DNA of 64,000 bases from Octopus sinensis (GCF_006345805.1 NC_042998.1:115320001-115384000), one strand, 5' to 3'; shown: positions 28,138 through 42,160, numbered from the stretch's first letter. Translations and numbers: made by a program. Notes: generated from the sequence alone by a model not told the origin.

Positions 28138-28852
28138 TGCCACTCCTACGCCTGTACATACATACATACACACACATATATTCGATTACACTAGAATTTC
28201 TTATTGTAGTAGGGGAATTATTATTTATGCAGTCGAGACTCCATTATAAAGAGCACCACTGCAACGTGATTCTACGGCAATGGAATTATGATATTATTGA
28301 GGCAATTCCTTACAAGGAACCCTTTAGTACAACGAAATGAAATCGAACACATTACAGCCAATATTTGTCGCTAATATCAACAAAATCCCGTTGAGCATTT
28401 TTTACAAAGCGGTATAAACTTGTGTGCAGCGTGAAGAATCGTTTTCTCAGCATGACACGCAAATTTATTTTCTTTTTTGAGAATTTTATCCGACATATGG
28501 GTGCTAGATGTAATTTATAGACAGCAAGCTGTTGAGGAATACGTGAAAAGGAAAGGAGATATACGTATTGGTGATTTTGAAATTTATAAATGATGATGAA
28601 TAATAATTTATACACACTACCAAGGTGTTAGAGTGAAATAGATAGATAAATAGATGGATGGATGGACAGCGAGACAGTCAGATAGACAGTGAGACAGCCA
28701 GCCAGCCATACGGACGGGCAGATGGACGGACGGACAGACGGATAGATGGGTTGATTAATGGATGGATGGATGGATAGATGGATGGATGGATGGACGGATG
28801 GATGGCAGGACAGACTGACCGACAATCGAGACAGAAAGATATATAGAAGTAT

Positions 28853-28910
<58 letters not shown>

Positions 28911-28911
<1 letters not shown>

Positions 28912-30468
28912 TGTTTCTTTATTAGCCACACAGGGCTGCACACAGATAGAACCAATTACAAGGTAGAGCTTTTCTTTTGAACGTTTAAAAAATAAAAATA
29001 AAAAAAAATTAAAAAAAAAAGGAAGGGGGAGTTTCGATCAAAAGGGATCGTAAAAGGAGAGAAAGAGGACAAAAAAAGGGGGGTTAAAAAAAAGGGGGAG
29101 AGGAAGAAAAAAAAAATAAATAAATAAAAAAAATGATCAATAGGGATCGTTATCACAGAAATGTCAATATGAAGTGTAAAGGGGAGGACAGGTGAGGTTT
29201 ACCCGTGGAAAGAAAAGCCTACGGAAAAGACCACGGTAACCTCGTTCAATGGAGTCACATGTTATATTTCTTTTTTTTTTTTTTTTGCAAGTAAGCAACT
29301 CTCTGTTTTCAATTTCTGGGTTCATAGGATCATGCTCAAGGTGGCTTCGTCATTCATACGTGCCATTCTTGCTACATTCACCCATCTTTTTTTAAAACAT
29401 TCGCTAGACAAAACTTGCCTCTCTACTCTCACTTTCCTTTTCAAGTGGTACTTGAAGAAGTTGATGAGAGATTGACCAGAGAGGAAAGTGTTTGTCTCCA
29501 ATCCTTTCAGACGCGTCCACCAGATACATTCTTTCGCAATAGCCACAAGGATGATGAAAATAGCTCTTCCTTCCCGTTTGAAGGAGGGAGGCGTGACAAT
29601 ATTAACGATAGACTCAGCTGATAAACCGACTCGTCCCACACGTGACAGCAGTTGTTCGACACAAGCCCACAAGTCGGAAATTGTTGGACACTGCACGAGT
29701 GCGTGCAGAACGGTTTCGTCGCTCTGACCGTATCTCGGGCAGGTCGGCCCCGTGTTTCTCGAGCCGTGTCTGTAGAGCTTATCCCGAACGGGTAGCGCTT
29801 CTCGGTAGCACTGCCAGGCCAGGGATCTCTGGAAGTTGTCCATGGGCCCTGGCCCGAAAGTCGTCCTGAACAGGCGGGTCAGGTACTCCTCGTCGACGTC
29901 CAGGTTCGCCCCGAGCTCGTCGTCGTACCTCCCCTCCACTAAACCCCTATAGAATGCTTTGGTTGTGTTGAAGTCACTCAAGGTCGACCCTGGACGGCAG
30001 AGTTGCTTGAGAGCAACGCGACACTCGCGGTGCCATTCGCCCTTCTTCGGCCTCTTTTTGATCCACGACTGCGGTTCGGTCATGGAGACGAGCTGCGGGA
30101 AAGCGTGCCTCACAAACGGCGACCTCACCTGTTCACCGTCGTCTACATAGAGCCAGAGATGTCGCAGTCTCAGCGCGTGTCTGCGCATCATCAACCACGG
30201 CATGCCCAGCCCTCCTTTTAACGGGTGTTGACAGCAAATGGATCGCCTGACCATCGGGACGCATCCTTTCCACAAGAAGCGAAAGAGAATGCGTTGTAGT
30301 TTGGTGATGGTAGGGTCGGGACAAGGTACGACGGTCAGGCGGTAGTAGATGACGGACGCGATGTACGTGTTCGCCACCTCCGCCCGACCTTTTAGGGACA
30401 GTTTCCTCTCGGCCCATTGCCGGGCGAGAGTGACCACCCTACTCGTTATCTCGTTCCAGTTCTTTTCC

Positions 30469-30470
<2 letters not shown>
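28911..30470 (-). mobile_element. 5'-truncated Tx1/L1-clade LINE inserted in (GATA)n
   Basis: Uninterrupted ~380-codon ORF2 C-terminus (29322-30470): LEKNW..W..RKLSLKGRA.V.N....S.IYY..FRFLWKG..GGLGMP..LPVRDKL..CPRYGQSDETVLHALVQC; ~410-nt 3' UTR ending AATAAAGAAAC then (ATCT)n; (GATA)n on both flanks. Confidence 0.9.
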
Positions 30471-30527
<57 letters not shown>

Positions 30528-31187
30528 CGGATACATAAGTATATAGATGTATACACAGATACATTGATAGATAGTTTAATAGATTTCAAGGTACACACAG
30601 ACAGACACACAGACACACACACACACAATCATGCACACGGGTCAGGCAGACAGAGAAATACACAGAGACATATAAACAGGTACAGACGGAGAGAAGAAAA
30701 TGGGAAAAGTGATGCCATATAAGATAGAACGTACATGTTTGCAACATTATGTTGCTGTATAAAAAAAAGTATATGTGTGTGTGCTGATACCTATAAATCT
30801 CTCTTTGTGATATTGGTTACCTTTCGTATACATCATTCACTTTCGTGTTTCACATGTTCTCTCTCTCTCTCTCTTTCTCTCCCGCTCTTTAAATAATATT
30901 CTATATGTACTATATATCGTTGCTATTATGCAAAAGTGTCATAAGTCCAAATCGTTGCTTTTTCAGAAAACGAAAATATAGTCTCACCTTTCGATAGTAA
31001 AACCGTTGTACTACACTCTGACAATTTTCGTATCTTGGCATCTGAAGCAGCTGGAGATACGATAGTTTGACCAAAGAACCGGCTATTGCCAGAAAAAATA
31101 AATATTGAAAGAAAAACGCATTTGGCCAAATTTGGACATACGACAGTATAACATAATAGCAATGCTTCTACATATTAAAATATACTC

Positions 31188-31332
31188 TTTTCTCTTTTAC
31201 TCTTTTACTTGTTTCAGTCATTTGACTGCGGCCATGCTAGAGCACCGCCTTTAATCGAGCAACTCGACCCCGGGACTTATTCTTTTTGTAAGCCCAGTAC
31301 TTATTCTATCGGTCTCTTTTGCCGAACCGCTA
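31188..31332 (-). mobile_element. SINE family B 3' fragment
   Basis: tactcttttctcttttactcttttacttgtttcagtcatttgactgcggccatgct..tattctatcggtctcttttgccgaaccgct. Confidence 0.85.
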
Positions 31333-31461
31333 TAAAAAAAACAAAACTCTCATCAATTTTAGTTAAGTGCACCTAACGCGACCTCGGAGAACTTTATCCC
31401 CACTTCCCTTCTCTCTCTTTCTCTCTCTCACTCTCTCTCTCACTACCTATCTCTATACATA

Positions 31462-32616
31462 TCTCTCTCTATATAAAACTGAGAATGTGTGTGTGTCTGT
31501 CTGTCTGTGTGTTTCCCTAAAACTTGAGAACTACACAACCAATTTCATTCAATTTTTACACATGTCTTACTTAGGGCCCGGGGAGTGTCATCGGCAAAAT
31601 TTTTTTTAACTTTTTGCCGAGGGCGAGCCCACAGCAATATCATATCCTCTCCACTACGATTCCCTAAAACTTGAGAACTACACAACCAATTTCATTCAAA
31701 TTTTACACATGCCTTACTTAGGGTCCATGTAGTTTCATGGACAAAAAATGTTCAACTTCTTGCCTAGAGCGAGCCCATAACAATATCATATCTTCTCCAC
31801 TATTTCAGTATTACGTGTTAAAAGTGAAACAAAAATATTTCTCTATTTTATGGCAGATACTTTCACTTTAAAAATAAAAATAATAACAATTGAATTATAT
31901 GTAGTAAGTAATAATTAAAATCAATCTAAAATATAATATAATCGTAACATAACAAAAGTAAAAATAGCAATTGGTATAAAATTGCATCAATGTTTTGAAC
32001 TTGAATAAGTGGTTTCATATGAATGGGAATAGAGTAAAAATCAAATTAGTGTACAGAAATGGAATAGTCCAGATGGATAATAAAAAATTATATTAAAGAA
32101 AAGACTATTGTCTATAAAGTATACAATGTAGAGAAAAAAGATTGGAACACCTGGAGGAAAGCACCATCGAAAAGTATCTTGGTGCGACTATGAAAGATAT
32201 ATAAACAGAGGCGGTAAATTCGCCACAATAGAAGCAAGTTCGAGTCAACGGAGCGTGCAAGAGAGTACTCGACACGAACTTGCAAAGCGGAAATATTTTA
32301 TTTTTACCTTTTATATCTGGGACGTAGGACGTCCCGGATAAAAATTAAAAATGCCCACCCCACTGCAGTAGAGGTAGGCTGGATTGTAGCCACACTTCTA
32401 TACAAGAGGGAGGACAAGATACAATTGATCGAAATTGCAAGAGACGGGCTAACAATTCCAGTCTGTTATATATTTTGAGTATTGTTATCACTAGCGATAT
32501 CAAGATACAACTTCGTATTTTGTATTTTATATGTAGATGTATATATGTATATAGATGTACACATATATATACATGCACTAGCACTATGACCCGGCAACGA
32601 CGTGTCATAATGTTAG
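31462..32616 (+). mobile_element. Probable non-autonomous Helitron with internal 147-bp tandem duplication
   Basis: 5' a|tc..tctatataaaactgagaatgtgtgtgtgtctgtctgt; two ~147-bp units starting 31513 and 31660; 3' imperfect hairpin tatgac-ccggcaacgacgt-gtcata then tgttag|t (degenerate CTRR|T). Confidence 0.6.
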
Positions 32617-33471
32617 TATATATATATACGCACACACATGCGCGCGCACACATAGATTGTCTACAAATCTTTAGTCATACATCTGTGACGACTTCAGCGA
32701 CACTTTTCGTTTTCGTGTGTGCTAGCGCACACCAAAAGGAATAGCGTCGATGAAGAGGTCACAGATGTGTGACGAAAGATTTCTGTACGAAGAACATGAG
32801 TTCCAATAGGTGCAGTAATAAACGATTGAAAAACAAAAATAAATATACTGGATATAAGTTTCAAAAATTAATAAACATAACTATCCACACTACCACACTA
32901 CCACACTTGAAACGTACCTGTTTCAACTCTTTATCTCGATTTGAATGTACGTGAAAGTATTTAGAATGCCCAAACGAAGTTCTGCAAATGTGCTAAGCAC
33001 CGATGCTGATCATAGTTTAAACAAGCGTAGGGGCGATGTAAATGCAGTAAACTATTGAGGGTTAGTGGGAACTATTTAAGCTGCCGTTTAGAAATTAAAC
33101 CTCCTTACGATACTCACTGGAAGTTCTTGGCATAAAATTCATTGACATTGCTCCGATTTCGTCACTAATGCCATGTATTTAGTTTAAAATGCAGAAAAAA
33201 TAGCGGGGAGGTCAGTGAGGCCCCAATTAGGTGACCCTTAAGAAATAGACCCACATAAGGCATTCAATGGGATTAGTAAATCGGTGGTTTGAGTTTCGTT
33301 ATCCTTGTGGCAACGAACGGTCTAGGATGAATTAACGAACATAATAACGTAACGGACAGAGAAACATCACTCAAATTTATATTAGGATATACATACATGC
33401 ATACATATGTATGTATGTATATACATATATATACATATACATATATATGCATATATTTATATATTATTTAT

Positions 33472-33551
<80 letters not shown>

Positions 33552-33656
33552 CATATATATACATATACATATACATATATATGCATATATTTATATATTA
33601 TTTATTATATATATATATATATATATATATTACAAATATATATATATTTATATATA

Positions 33657-34722
33657 CAGGGGTTGGACAAAATAATGGAAACACCTAGCATCATAGCATC
33701 ATAATTTCGTGAAATCTATAAAACCGTCGAAAGCTTCTTTATTTTATGTTTTTTTTTTATTTATTATAACTGTTGCTTAATACATGTTGCTACAATTGAT
33801 GTTTCTTTCCAGATATCATCAGAAAAGGTCATTAAAGTTCATTAACATGACATATATCGGACTTTCAAAGAGGTTAAATTGCGGGTGCTCGTATGGCAGG
33901 TGCTAGCGTAACAAAAGCAGCTGAAATGCTTGGTGTATCCAGAAGTACTGTCTCGAAAGTAATGACAGCCTTTTAGAAAGACGGAAAAACCTCCTCGTCG
34001 AAACAAAACTCCGGATGAAAACCAAAACCAAACCTCTTACGCGAATTGTTAGAAATGATCACAAAAGTACAGCTCCCAAAATTACTCGAAAACCCAGTTT
34101 CCACAAAAACTATTCGCCGGCAGCTGCACAAAGCCCGATTTCACGGGAGGGTTGCAATCAGAAAACCACTACTTTCAAAAACAAACGTTGCAAAGCGTTT
34201 AGTGTGGAGTAAAAACTTACAGAATTGGTCCCTAGAGCAGTGAAAGAATGTTATTTTCTCCGACGAGTCATCCTTTAACTTATTTCCGACCACCGGCCGG
34301 GTATACGTGTGGAGACAGTCACAAGAAACATTTGACCCAGACAGCATTCTTCCATCTGTTAAACATGGAGGAGGATCAGTGGTGATCCGAGAGAGTGGGC
34401 TATATCTTGGAAATCCACCGGCCCAATGGTTTCCCTTCATGGCAGAATTAATAGTCAAGACTATTTATCTGATCAAATTCACCCTATGGCTGCGGAACTG
34501 TTTCCGGAGGGAAACACAATCTTCCAGGATGATAATGCACCAATTCACACAGCTAAAGTTGTTATTGAATGGCACGAGAATCATTCTAGTGAAGTTGAAC
34601 ATCTTGTCTGGCCACCACAGTCCCCCAGATCTCAATATTATTGAACATTTATGGTGCATTTTAGAAGAAGTGAGTCGATATCCTCCACCATCGTCACTAC
34701 AAGAACTGGAGACTGTTTTAGC
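33657..34722 (+). mobile_element. Decayed Tc1-type DNA transposon, DD36E (Incomer-like) transposase, 3' truncated
   Basis: TA then 5' TIR caggggttggacaaaataatggaaacacc; frameshifted transposase from 33847: SDFQRG..GARMAGASVTK..GVSRSTVSKV, IRKPLL, VIFSDESSF, KHGGGSV, FQDDNAPIH..WPPQSPDLNIIEHLW; 36 residues between second D and E after removing one extra C near 34622-34626; no 3' TIR seen. Confidence 0.9.
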
Positions 34723-35883
34723 AGCGTGTAAACACATTATTTATGATCCCGTAGTATATAAATTGTTTTTGTATTCACACGCACCATATCCTCTGGTTTT
34801 CTTTCACATCTCAACTTACTCTGTCTGTCTGTCTCCCTCATATCTCAACTTAATCTGTCTGTCTGTCTCCCTCTCTCACTCTCTCTCACATGCTCTCTAT
34901 CTCTCTTTCACTTCCTTCCTTTTATTCATTCTTTCTTCTTTTTCCTCTCTTTCTCCTTACAATAACTTTCTTTGATAACTTGCATTTGTCTACTCTGCTG
35001 CTTCCATCCTATGTCCATCGGACACTTCTCTCACATGTTATGCGTTTTTTGTTCACTCTAATACTTTCATTTTCTCTCAGGCACCCCCTTCCTTTCCCTC
35101 TCTCTAACTCTCATTAATTACTCTTTTTCTAATTACCTCTCCCTTCTCTCTCTTTCTCCTTTTTAGCATTCCCTCACCTAATTGCTTCCATACATATCAC
35201 GTGTCATCTCTTTTTCATTTTCTCATTTTCAAATTTACTGCTTCCATACTTACTTTTATATTCCTGCATTCCCTACCACTCCCTTTATTCTCCCATCTCT
35301 GTCTCCTCCCCTCTCTCAAGGTATCTCGTGTTACAACATTTGGTACCACCCACTCAACAGACATCATAAACATCATCATCACAGTCACATAGATGACCTC
35401 CCCCATCTTCGTCCCCATGATCTGTAAATTAATACCGGATTATTAACATAATTGATCGATTGCCTTCACATTTCAACTTGATCTTTTTCTTTCTTTTGGG
35501 TCAGCAGAGCAGGATTGAAGAGATTTTTATGAGACAGTTATGACCTAACACAACCAGGACCTCTTTCAGCTTTGTCACCGAGACAGCTTGCTTAATTCTT
35601 TAATGATTGTTTCAAACTACATCACATATGAACCATAGTCAGCGATGTTTGCTCCCATTGTGGTGGAGAATACAATCTGCAAAAGAAATTAACTAGAAAA
35701 GACAAAGAAAAACACAAGAAGTTATCGTTGTCATTGTTGTTGTTATTGTAGTTTTCTTTTATTTAGCCATAGGTCAACTCTAATGGAGAAAAAATATGAT
35801 TCAGTTTGTTTTAGAGATGGCACTACACCTACCGAACTTTCCGGCATAGAAATCGGCGTCGTATATTGTGTAAACGTGTAGTA

Positions 35884-36222
35884 CAGGGATTCTCAACTAT
35901 TATCTATCTATAGACCCCTTTGATTACTATTTTATTTTGATGAATCCCCCATAGCCATTCAGTGTTTAAAAATAATTATTTAGACACTCCTTTCAAAATT
36001 CCTCTTTTGTTTTTCACACATTAATTCGTGTAGGTAGAACTATGTAAAATGTTAGAGAAAGAAACTCCGCTGTTTCTTGCAATAAATACATCTGAATCAA
36101 ACTTTTTTCATGAACTCTTAACATACTATTGTGGATCCCCAATTTACTATTTTGTTGCGTGGATCCCCCAAACACTTATATTGACTCTCAGGGGCTATAT
36201 GAACCGCGGTTGAGAAACACTG
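35884..36222. mobile_element. hAT-type MITE
   Basis: TIRs cagggattctcaac / gttgagaaacactg; flanking 8-mers gtgtagta / gtgtggtg (6 of 8 identical), consistent with a decayed 8-bp TSD. Confidence 0.7.
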
Positions 36223-36869
36223 GTGTGGTGTAAACATTCAAATATCGTCATTAACTTACCAAATCCTGAGGCGTTCTACATGAAAGATTGCCCCCCCCCC
36301 CCCCGAGTCGTTTTGATGAACAAGCTCACTTACCTTTTCTGGCTGTAAATTTTGATTTGAAAAATTTCGGCATGTATGTCGGAAAATACGGTATTTTGTA
36401 AGCTATAATGTATATAGGATTACATCATCTAGTATGTCCTTTTAGTAAAATTGTTAACTGTGCTTTGAAAGGGTTTGATTACTGACCCATGTAGAGTGAG
36501 AAAGCAATAAGAGGTTGCATTTATTGGCTCGCTTCTTTCGACACAGAAATATATGGTGAACAGCTTCAATAAAATCTTAACCGGAAGGCCAATGTCGGCG
36601 AGGGCATATTAAAACAAATAAAAGAGATTCATATAGATATGTATAAGATAAGCAGCAGGCTGAAATAATTAATGGGGTCGATATGGTCAACATAAAACAA
36701 TGGAAAATGTTACTCCAACATGGCTACTATCCAATGATTGAAATTTGTTAAATGAATAAATGAATAAAATGAATAAAATACAGTAGTACCTTTTTACGAA
36801 CGTCTCTGATCACGAATAAATCGTGCTTTACATATATATATATCATTATTTTTATCATCATCATCATCA

Positions 36870-37172
36870 TCATCATCTTTGCTTTTGCACAGCTTCTTAC
36901 ACTGGAGATGTACTACGGTGTCAGCTGTTCACTACCAGCGAACTAAGGTAACACCTCTTATTCGTGCAGTTCCAAGCAGTACTGTTTTCTGCAAGTGCTT
37001 CACCCTTATTGCAGCCTCTATTTGTTCCATGTACTTCTCGAGATTTTTACTCATTATTTCCATGGTACCACTCATTATTTTCCATGGTACAATTATTGGT
37101 ACCACTACTACTTTTTTCATCGACCACAACTACTTTACCTCCCAAGCTAACCAGTCATAGCTGTCGACTTTT
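36870..37172 (-). mobile_element. R4/Dong-like LINE 3' end
   Basis: LWSMKKVVVVPII..SKNLEKYMEQIEAAIRVKHLQKTVLLGTARI; short 3' UTR abutting (ATC)n, 5' junction abutting (GTT)n(ATT)n. Confidence 0.8.
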
Positions 37173-37174
37173 CG

Positions 37175-37221
<47 letters not shown>

Positions 37222-38472
37222 ATTATTATTATTATTATTATCATTATTATTATTATTAAATGAAGATGAGAAAGACGGGAGATAAAGTAAGATTTATTCG
37301 TGATCAGAGGTATTGGAAACCCGAGGTAAGTATAGAAAGAATTTAGAATCTATCAGTATATTATCAGATGTGTTCTTTTTTTTTCTGTATTTAGATAGCT
37401 GATTAATTGAGGGAACTTTCATTACTATGTCTTGCAGATCGAATGATCATGTAGAGTCGCCGACGTTGCCTTGATATTGTTGATATTAATTAAGGGTCTG
37501 GCGTTTCTGTTAGTTTATGTGATTATTAGGATCATTATTGCTCTCTAATTGCTCTACAGTAACTTTATTAATGACGTCATTTTTCTTGTTTAACCTCAGG
37601 TCAAATATCGCTGCGCACAACCATGATCTAAATATGGCATAGCATAACCATAATGCAAGACATTCAACACATGACCACCCGTGGTTCAACAGCATGTAGT
37701 ACTAATGTGAAATACTTATAATGTTTTAGCCCTTATTTGAGAGGCACGTAGTGGTTAAAAATATAGCCGCACTTTCAAACAGGTTGAATAACCATATAAA
37801 TCTTTACTTATTGCTGTTGCTGTTAACGACTCCATCTTTTGTTGCTGTTGTCAATATCACCATTTTGCTGTGGTTCTAGGAAAACCATATACAGACGTGA
37901 CCATCCTGTCTTATTCCTGTGTACACATAATCCAAAATGTTATCGACTCACGCGGTAGATTTTGGTTTCTGAGAATTTGGCTGTTATTTTTGCAGCATTG
38001 ATGACTACATAGAGGCTTCATCATTGGCTCACTGCTGTCATTGTTATTCTCTATGTGTATATGGTCGTTGTCGTTTTTGTTGTTCTGACTTTTTTTTTGT
38101 TGTTATTGTTGTTGTTGCTATTATTATTGTTGTCTCCCCCGTCGTCGTTGTTGATGTTGTTAGTGTTTTTACAATATTTACATCTAAACTATAGAACTTC
38201 TTTAGCTTGCAGCCTAAATTTTTAAGAGGGATTCAATGCTAATGTGTCTTTCGACAGTAAGAATACAAACTAGGGTAATCAGCGTGAAATAAAAGTTTGG
38301 CTGCAAATATTGATTGAAATTGTGAATTAATTAATGAAAGTAATTAAATTTTTAACCGCAAGCTGTGAACAGTGGTAAGGAAGTGGGAAGAAAGTAAAAA
38401 AGGGGATAATAGACGTGAGAGGGGAAGAAAACAAAAGGATAATATACACAACGATGTATATGTGTGTGTATG

Positions 38473-38518
<46 letters not shown>

Positions 38519-38550
38519 ATATATAATATATATATATATATAGTATTTAT

Positions 38551-38648
<98 letters not shown>

Positions 38649-39589
38649 GATATACACAGAGGGAGAGAGAAAGAGAGACAGAGAGAGACAGACAGACAGA
38701 GAGAGAAAGAGAGATAGAGTAAGTGAGAGAGAGGGAGAGAGAGGTAAAACAGAGATTTTTTCCTTGGAAATACTAGCAATTATCGCATGATCTCATTTCA
38801 AAAACTATGCGCAGACAGCATTAATATCAAATTCTTTATATCGGTTTCTTCTTTTAAAAATGTCCATTGTTATTGCTATTACAGCAAGAACTGCAAATAC
38901 CGGTTCTATTTTAGTCCCTGTCCGAATGCTTGCAACAATGTTTACTTTGCTAAAAACACACTTTGACCCGATATTGGTTCTAAGCTGGGCCATGAATTAA
39001 GTCAACTTCACGTTTTATTGTAAGATTTGTTGATCTTAAAATAAAGGACATGACAAACTTTTCCGATTTTAAAAGCAATTCTTGAAGGCTCGTGATCTCA
39101 AGCTCAACATGGGTTTATAAACATATTCGTGGGTTTCATTATCAGTCAGGTATCGTATTGTGACCTTGAGCACAGTACTACATTTCACTATGCAGAGTCG
39201 ACATAGTTGAAGTGCGTACTCAACGAATATTGGAGCAGCCAACTCCTATGGACGACAGCATTAATAATTTCGTGAAATTACATTTCCGTGAAAATATGAA
39301 AAACCAACGTATCAAATGGTGTTTTGCAGACCATCTAAGAAGCTCAAATATCACATAGTAATATGCGCTAGTTTCTGTATGATCACGCGCGCGTTTTATG
39401 AATCCGTATGTGTATGCTTACTGGTGTGATTAAGAGATTCGCTTTGAAACCTTGAGGTCTTGGGCTGTAGATTCTGTTTCATCCGTTGTTCTCGAGTGGA
39501 GAGTCAGTCAAATTATTTTTGTATGTATATGTAATCCACCACCTTATTTAACATTTCACTTTGGCAGGTTTAATTTATATATGTCGGTC

Positions 39590-39942
39590 GGGACCGCCAT
39601 CGGTCACGACCGCCATCGGTCACGACACTGACCATGGGATTGTATCTAGAAAGTTACCCTCCCAGGCACAAGTCTGGGCAAGGTGGTTTATGGAAGACCA
39701 GCAGTCGCCCATGCATACCGGCCTCCCCTCTCCACGCCACCAGTGTCATCTAAGGGAAAGGCAGCAGCCGATACAGCTTGGCACACGTGACATCGCAACT
39801 CATTTCTACAGCTGAGTTAACTGGAGCAACGTGAAATAAAGTGTCTTACTCAAGAAAACAACACGCAGCCCGGTCCGGGATTTGAGCTCACAACCTCACG
39901 ATGGTAAGCTCGACGCTCTAACCACTGAGCCATGCGCCTTCA
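39590..39942 (-). mobile_element. tRNA-derived SINE family D
   Basis: Minus-strand head ggcgcatggctcagtggttagagcgtcg..gagctcaaatcccgg (A and B boxes), then cttgagtaagacactttatttcacgttgctccag; 16-bp tandem duplication gaccgccatcggtcac near the tail. Confidence 0.8.
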
Positions 39943-40012
39943 ATGTGAATTTATATATGTACATATACATATACACACACACACAACACATATATATATA
40001 TTTAAGAAAGAA

Positions 40013-40047
<35 letters not shown>

Positions 40048-40789
40048 AGATAGAGAGACATACAGAGGGAGAGATGGAGACAGAAATATACATACATGCT
40101 TACATACATAGATACAGATATGCATATATGTTCCTTGAAGATTCATTTCATTATGGTCATTTAACTCCAAGTAAATCTTGATTGTATAAATTGATGGCGA
40201 AACGCATTCCAAACTCTCTTTTTAAAGGAGGTTATGACTACATAAGAAAGTAAAGACACATTAGATGTGTCTTTACCAGCTTATGTTTATGGAATACTTC
40301 TTTTCATTGCAAGAGTTTCAACTACGGTTTGTTCAGATGAACTACGCGGGCCGAGTGCAATATATATGTATATATATATATACATGAAATATATATATAT
40401 GTAGGGAAGAGGATTTGAAAGTGCAGGGGTCTTTTAAAGATGTTTTGTGACTTGACCAGTTTCACTTTTTTTAAAATTATTTTCAAAAGTAAAGTGCAAG
40501 GCTTTGTGTAGCTTTTGAAGAGTTAAAAATTAGCATAGATGTATTAAAATACAGTGATAGAGTCTTTTACAATGATAAGAAAATGTTAGGAAATAGAACC
40601 ATTGGCAATGATACAAAAATGTTAAAAGAGGCTTTGTGTTTAGATAGTTTACATAACAATGTTCAAAATAGGCAGCAAAATAAGTTCATAATTGTTTATA
40701 AGGATTTTAGAGGAACGATAAACCCTTTTTCTTCATCTCCAGTCTTGTATATATGCGGTACCTTCCAATTTTACCTTGTTATATATATA

Positions 40790-40950
40790 TATGTATACAC
40801 ACACACACGACGAGCTTTTTTCAGTTTCCACCAACCAAACATAGGGCTTTGATCGACCAAAGACAACGGTCCAAGGTGTCATGCAGCGGGACTGAACCCG
40901 GAACCGTGTGGTTCGGGGGCGAACTTCTTAGCACACAGCAACACCTGCAC
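40790..40950 (-). mobile_element. SINE family B 5' half
   Basis: Reverse complement of caggtgttgctgtgtgctaagaag..cacacggttccgggttcagtccc..gacaccttggac..tggaaactgaaaaaagctcgtcg. Confidence 0.75.
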
Positions 40951-40975
40951 CTGTATATGATTCTGTAAGTTTTTA

Positions 40976-41050
<75 letters not shown>

Positions 41051-41277
41051 CATCATTATCATTATTATTATTATTACCACACACATACACACAAACAGAC
41101 CCACATACAAACACACACACACACACACATATATATAAGGCGTATTATGAGCATTTATATAACACAGTCCTATATACACTCAACAAGCAATTAAAGATGA
41201 AGAGAGGCTGAAAGTTGGTAACATTTTAATCCATGCATACGATCTAATTGAACTCAACCGTTCTCATATATATATAT

Positions 41278-41330
<53 letters not shown>

Positions 41331-41356
41331 ATACACATATATATATACATATATAC

Positions 41357-41525
41357 AACGCGAGGACGTGGAACAAATATAGTATTATTGGACGCTCAGG
41401 AAAGAAGGAATGAAGGAGAGTTTAACGTTTCGAGCGGAGCTCTTCGACGGAAACATAGGAGAAGGAAAGATCCAGAGAAGGGAAGACAGAGGAAAAAAAT
41501 CGCCAACGGTACACACGCGGTCACA
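41357..41525 (-). mobile_element. Penelope-like element terminal-repeat fragment
   Basis: caacgcgaggacgtg..tattggacgctcaggaaag (also at ~12190-12235), hammerhead-like motif at 41420-41454, flanked by (TA)n. Confidence 0.55.
41420..41454 (-). ncRNA. Minimal type I hammerhead-like motif, variant core CCGUCGA (U4C, A6U)
   Basis: Minus strand: GUUU-CCGUCGA-A-GAGC(UCC)GCUC-GAA-ACGU-U-AAAC. Confidence 0.5.
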
Positions 41526-41541
41526 TATATATAGACTTATT

Positions 41542-41588
<47 letters not shown>

Positions 41589-41865
41589 ATATATATATAT
41601 GTGTATATTACACCACACATTTATATATATACGTATGTACATATACATATGTTTATATATCTATGTATAAAAGCAAATTTTGACGCACTCTCAACTGTTT
41701 TCACTATCTTTTCCTATACCCACACACATACACACATATACATACATCTATACATATACATATATACAGTATATTACTCTGCTCTAGTTATTACATTATT
41801 ATAGAGACAAACGATTAGAATCCAACTTAGAATGTTGTTACTGTTTGCATTATTATATGTGGTGT

Positions 41866-41969
<104 letters not shown>

Positions 41970-42160
41970 TCCGTATTGCTTCTGTTGTCCCATTACCTTT
42001 ACTTGCATTGGCTTTCATCGTTGTTCTTTACTTCGACATCATCATCTGTGTTGTTCAGCTCCAGCTAAACTTTGTCAAAGGAGACAAAGCAGGCATATCG
42101 ACGAATGACCTTCGTGACCTTTTTGTCATATTTCAATGGGCAGAGAAATGCAGGGCTATA

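Noticed and set aside
30471-30536. N-terminus MYPSIYLSIYLS of the 404-aa ORF, suggesting a complete gene
   Set aside because: It is (ATCT)n flank read in frame into a truncated Tx1 ORF2; a fortuitous fusion, not a host CDS.
38805-38993. 62-aa non-repetitive ORF MAQLRTNIGSK...
   Set aside because: No recognisable motif or splice support; a short ORF of this size is expected by chance.
39880-39942. tRNA gene
   Set aside because: A/B boxes are present, but there is no complete cloverleaf and it continues into a SINE body; same for other SINE heads.
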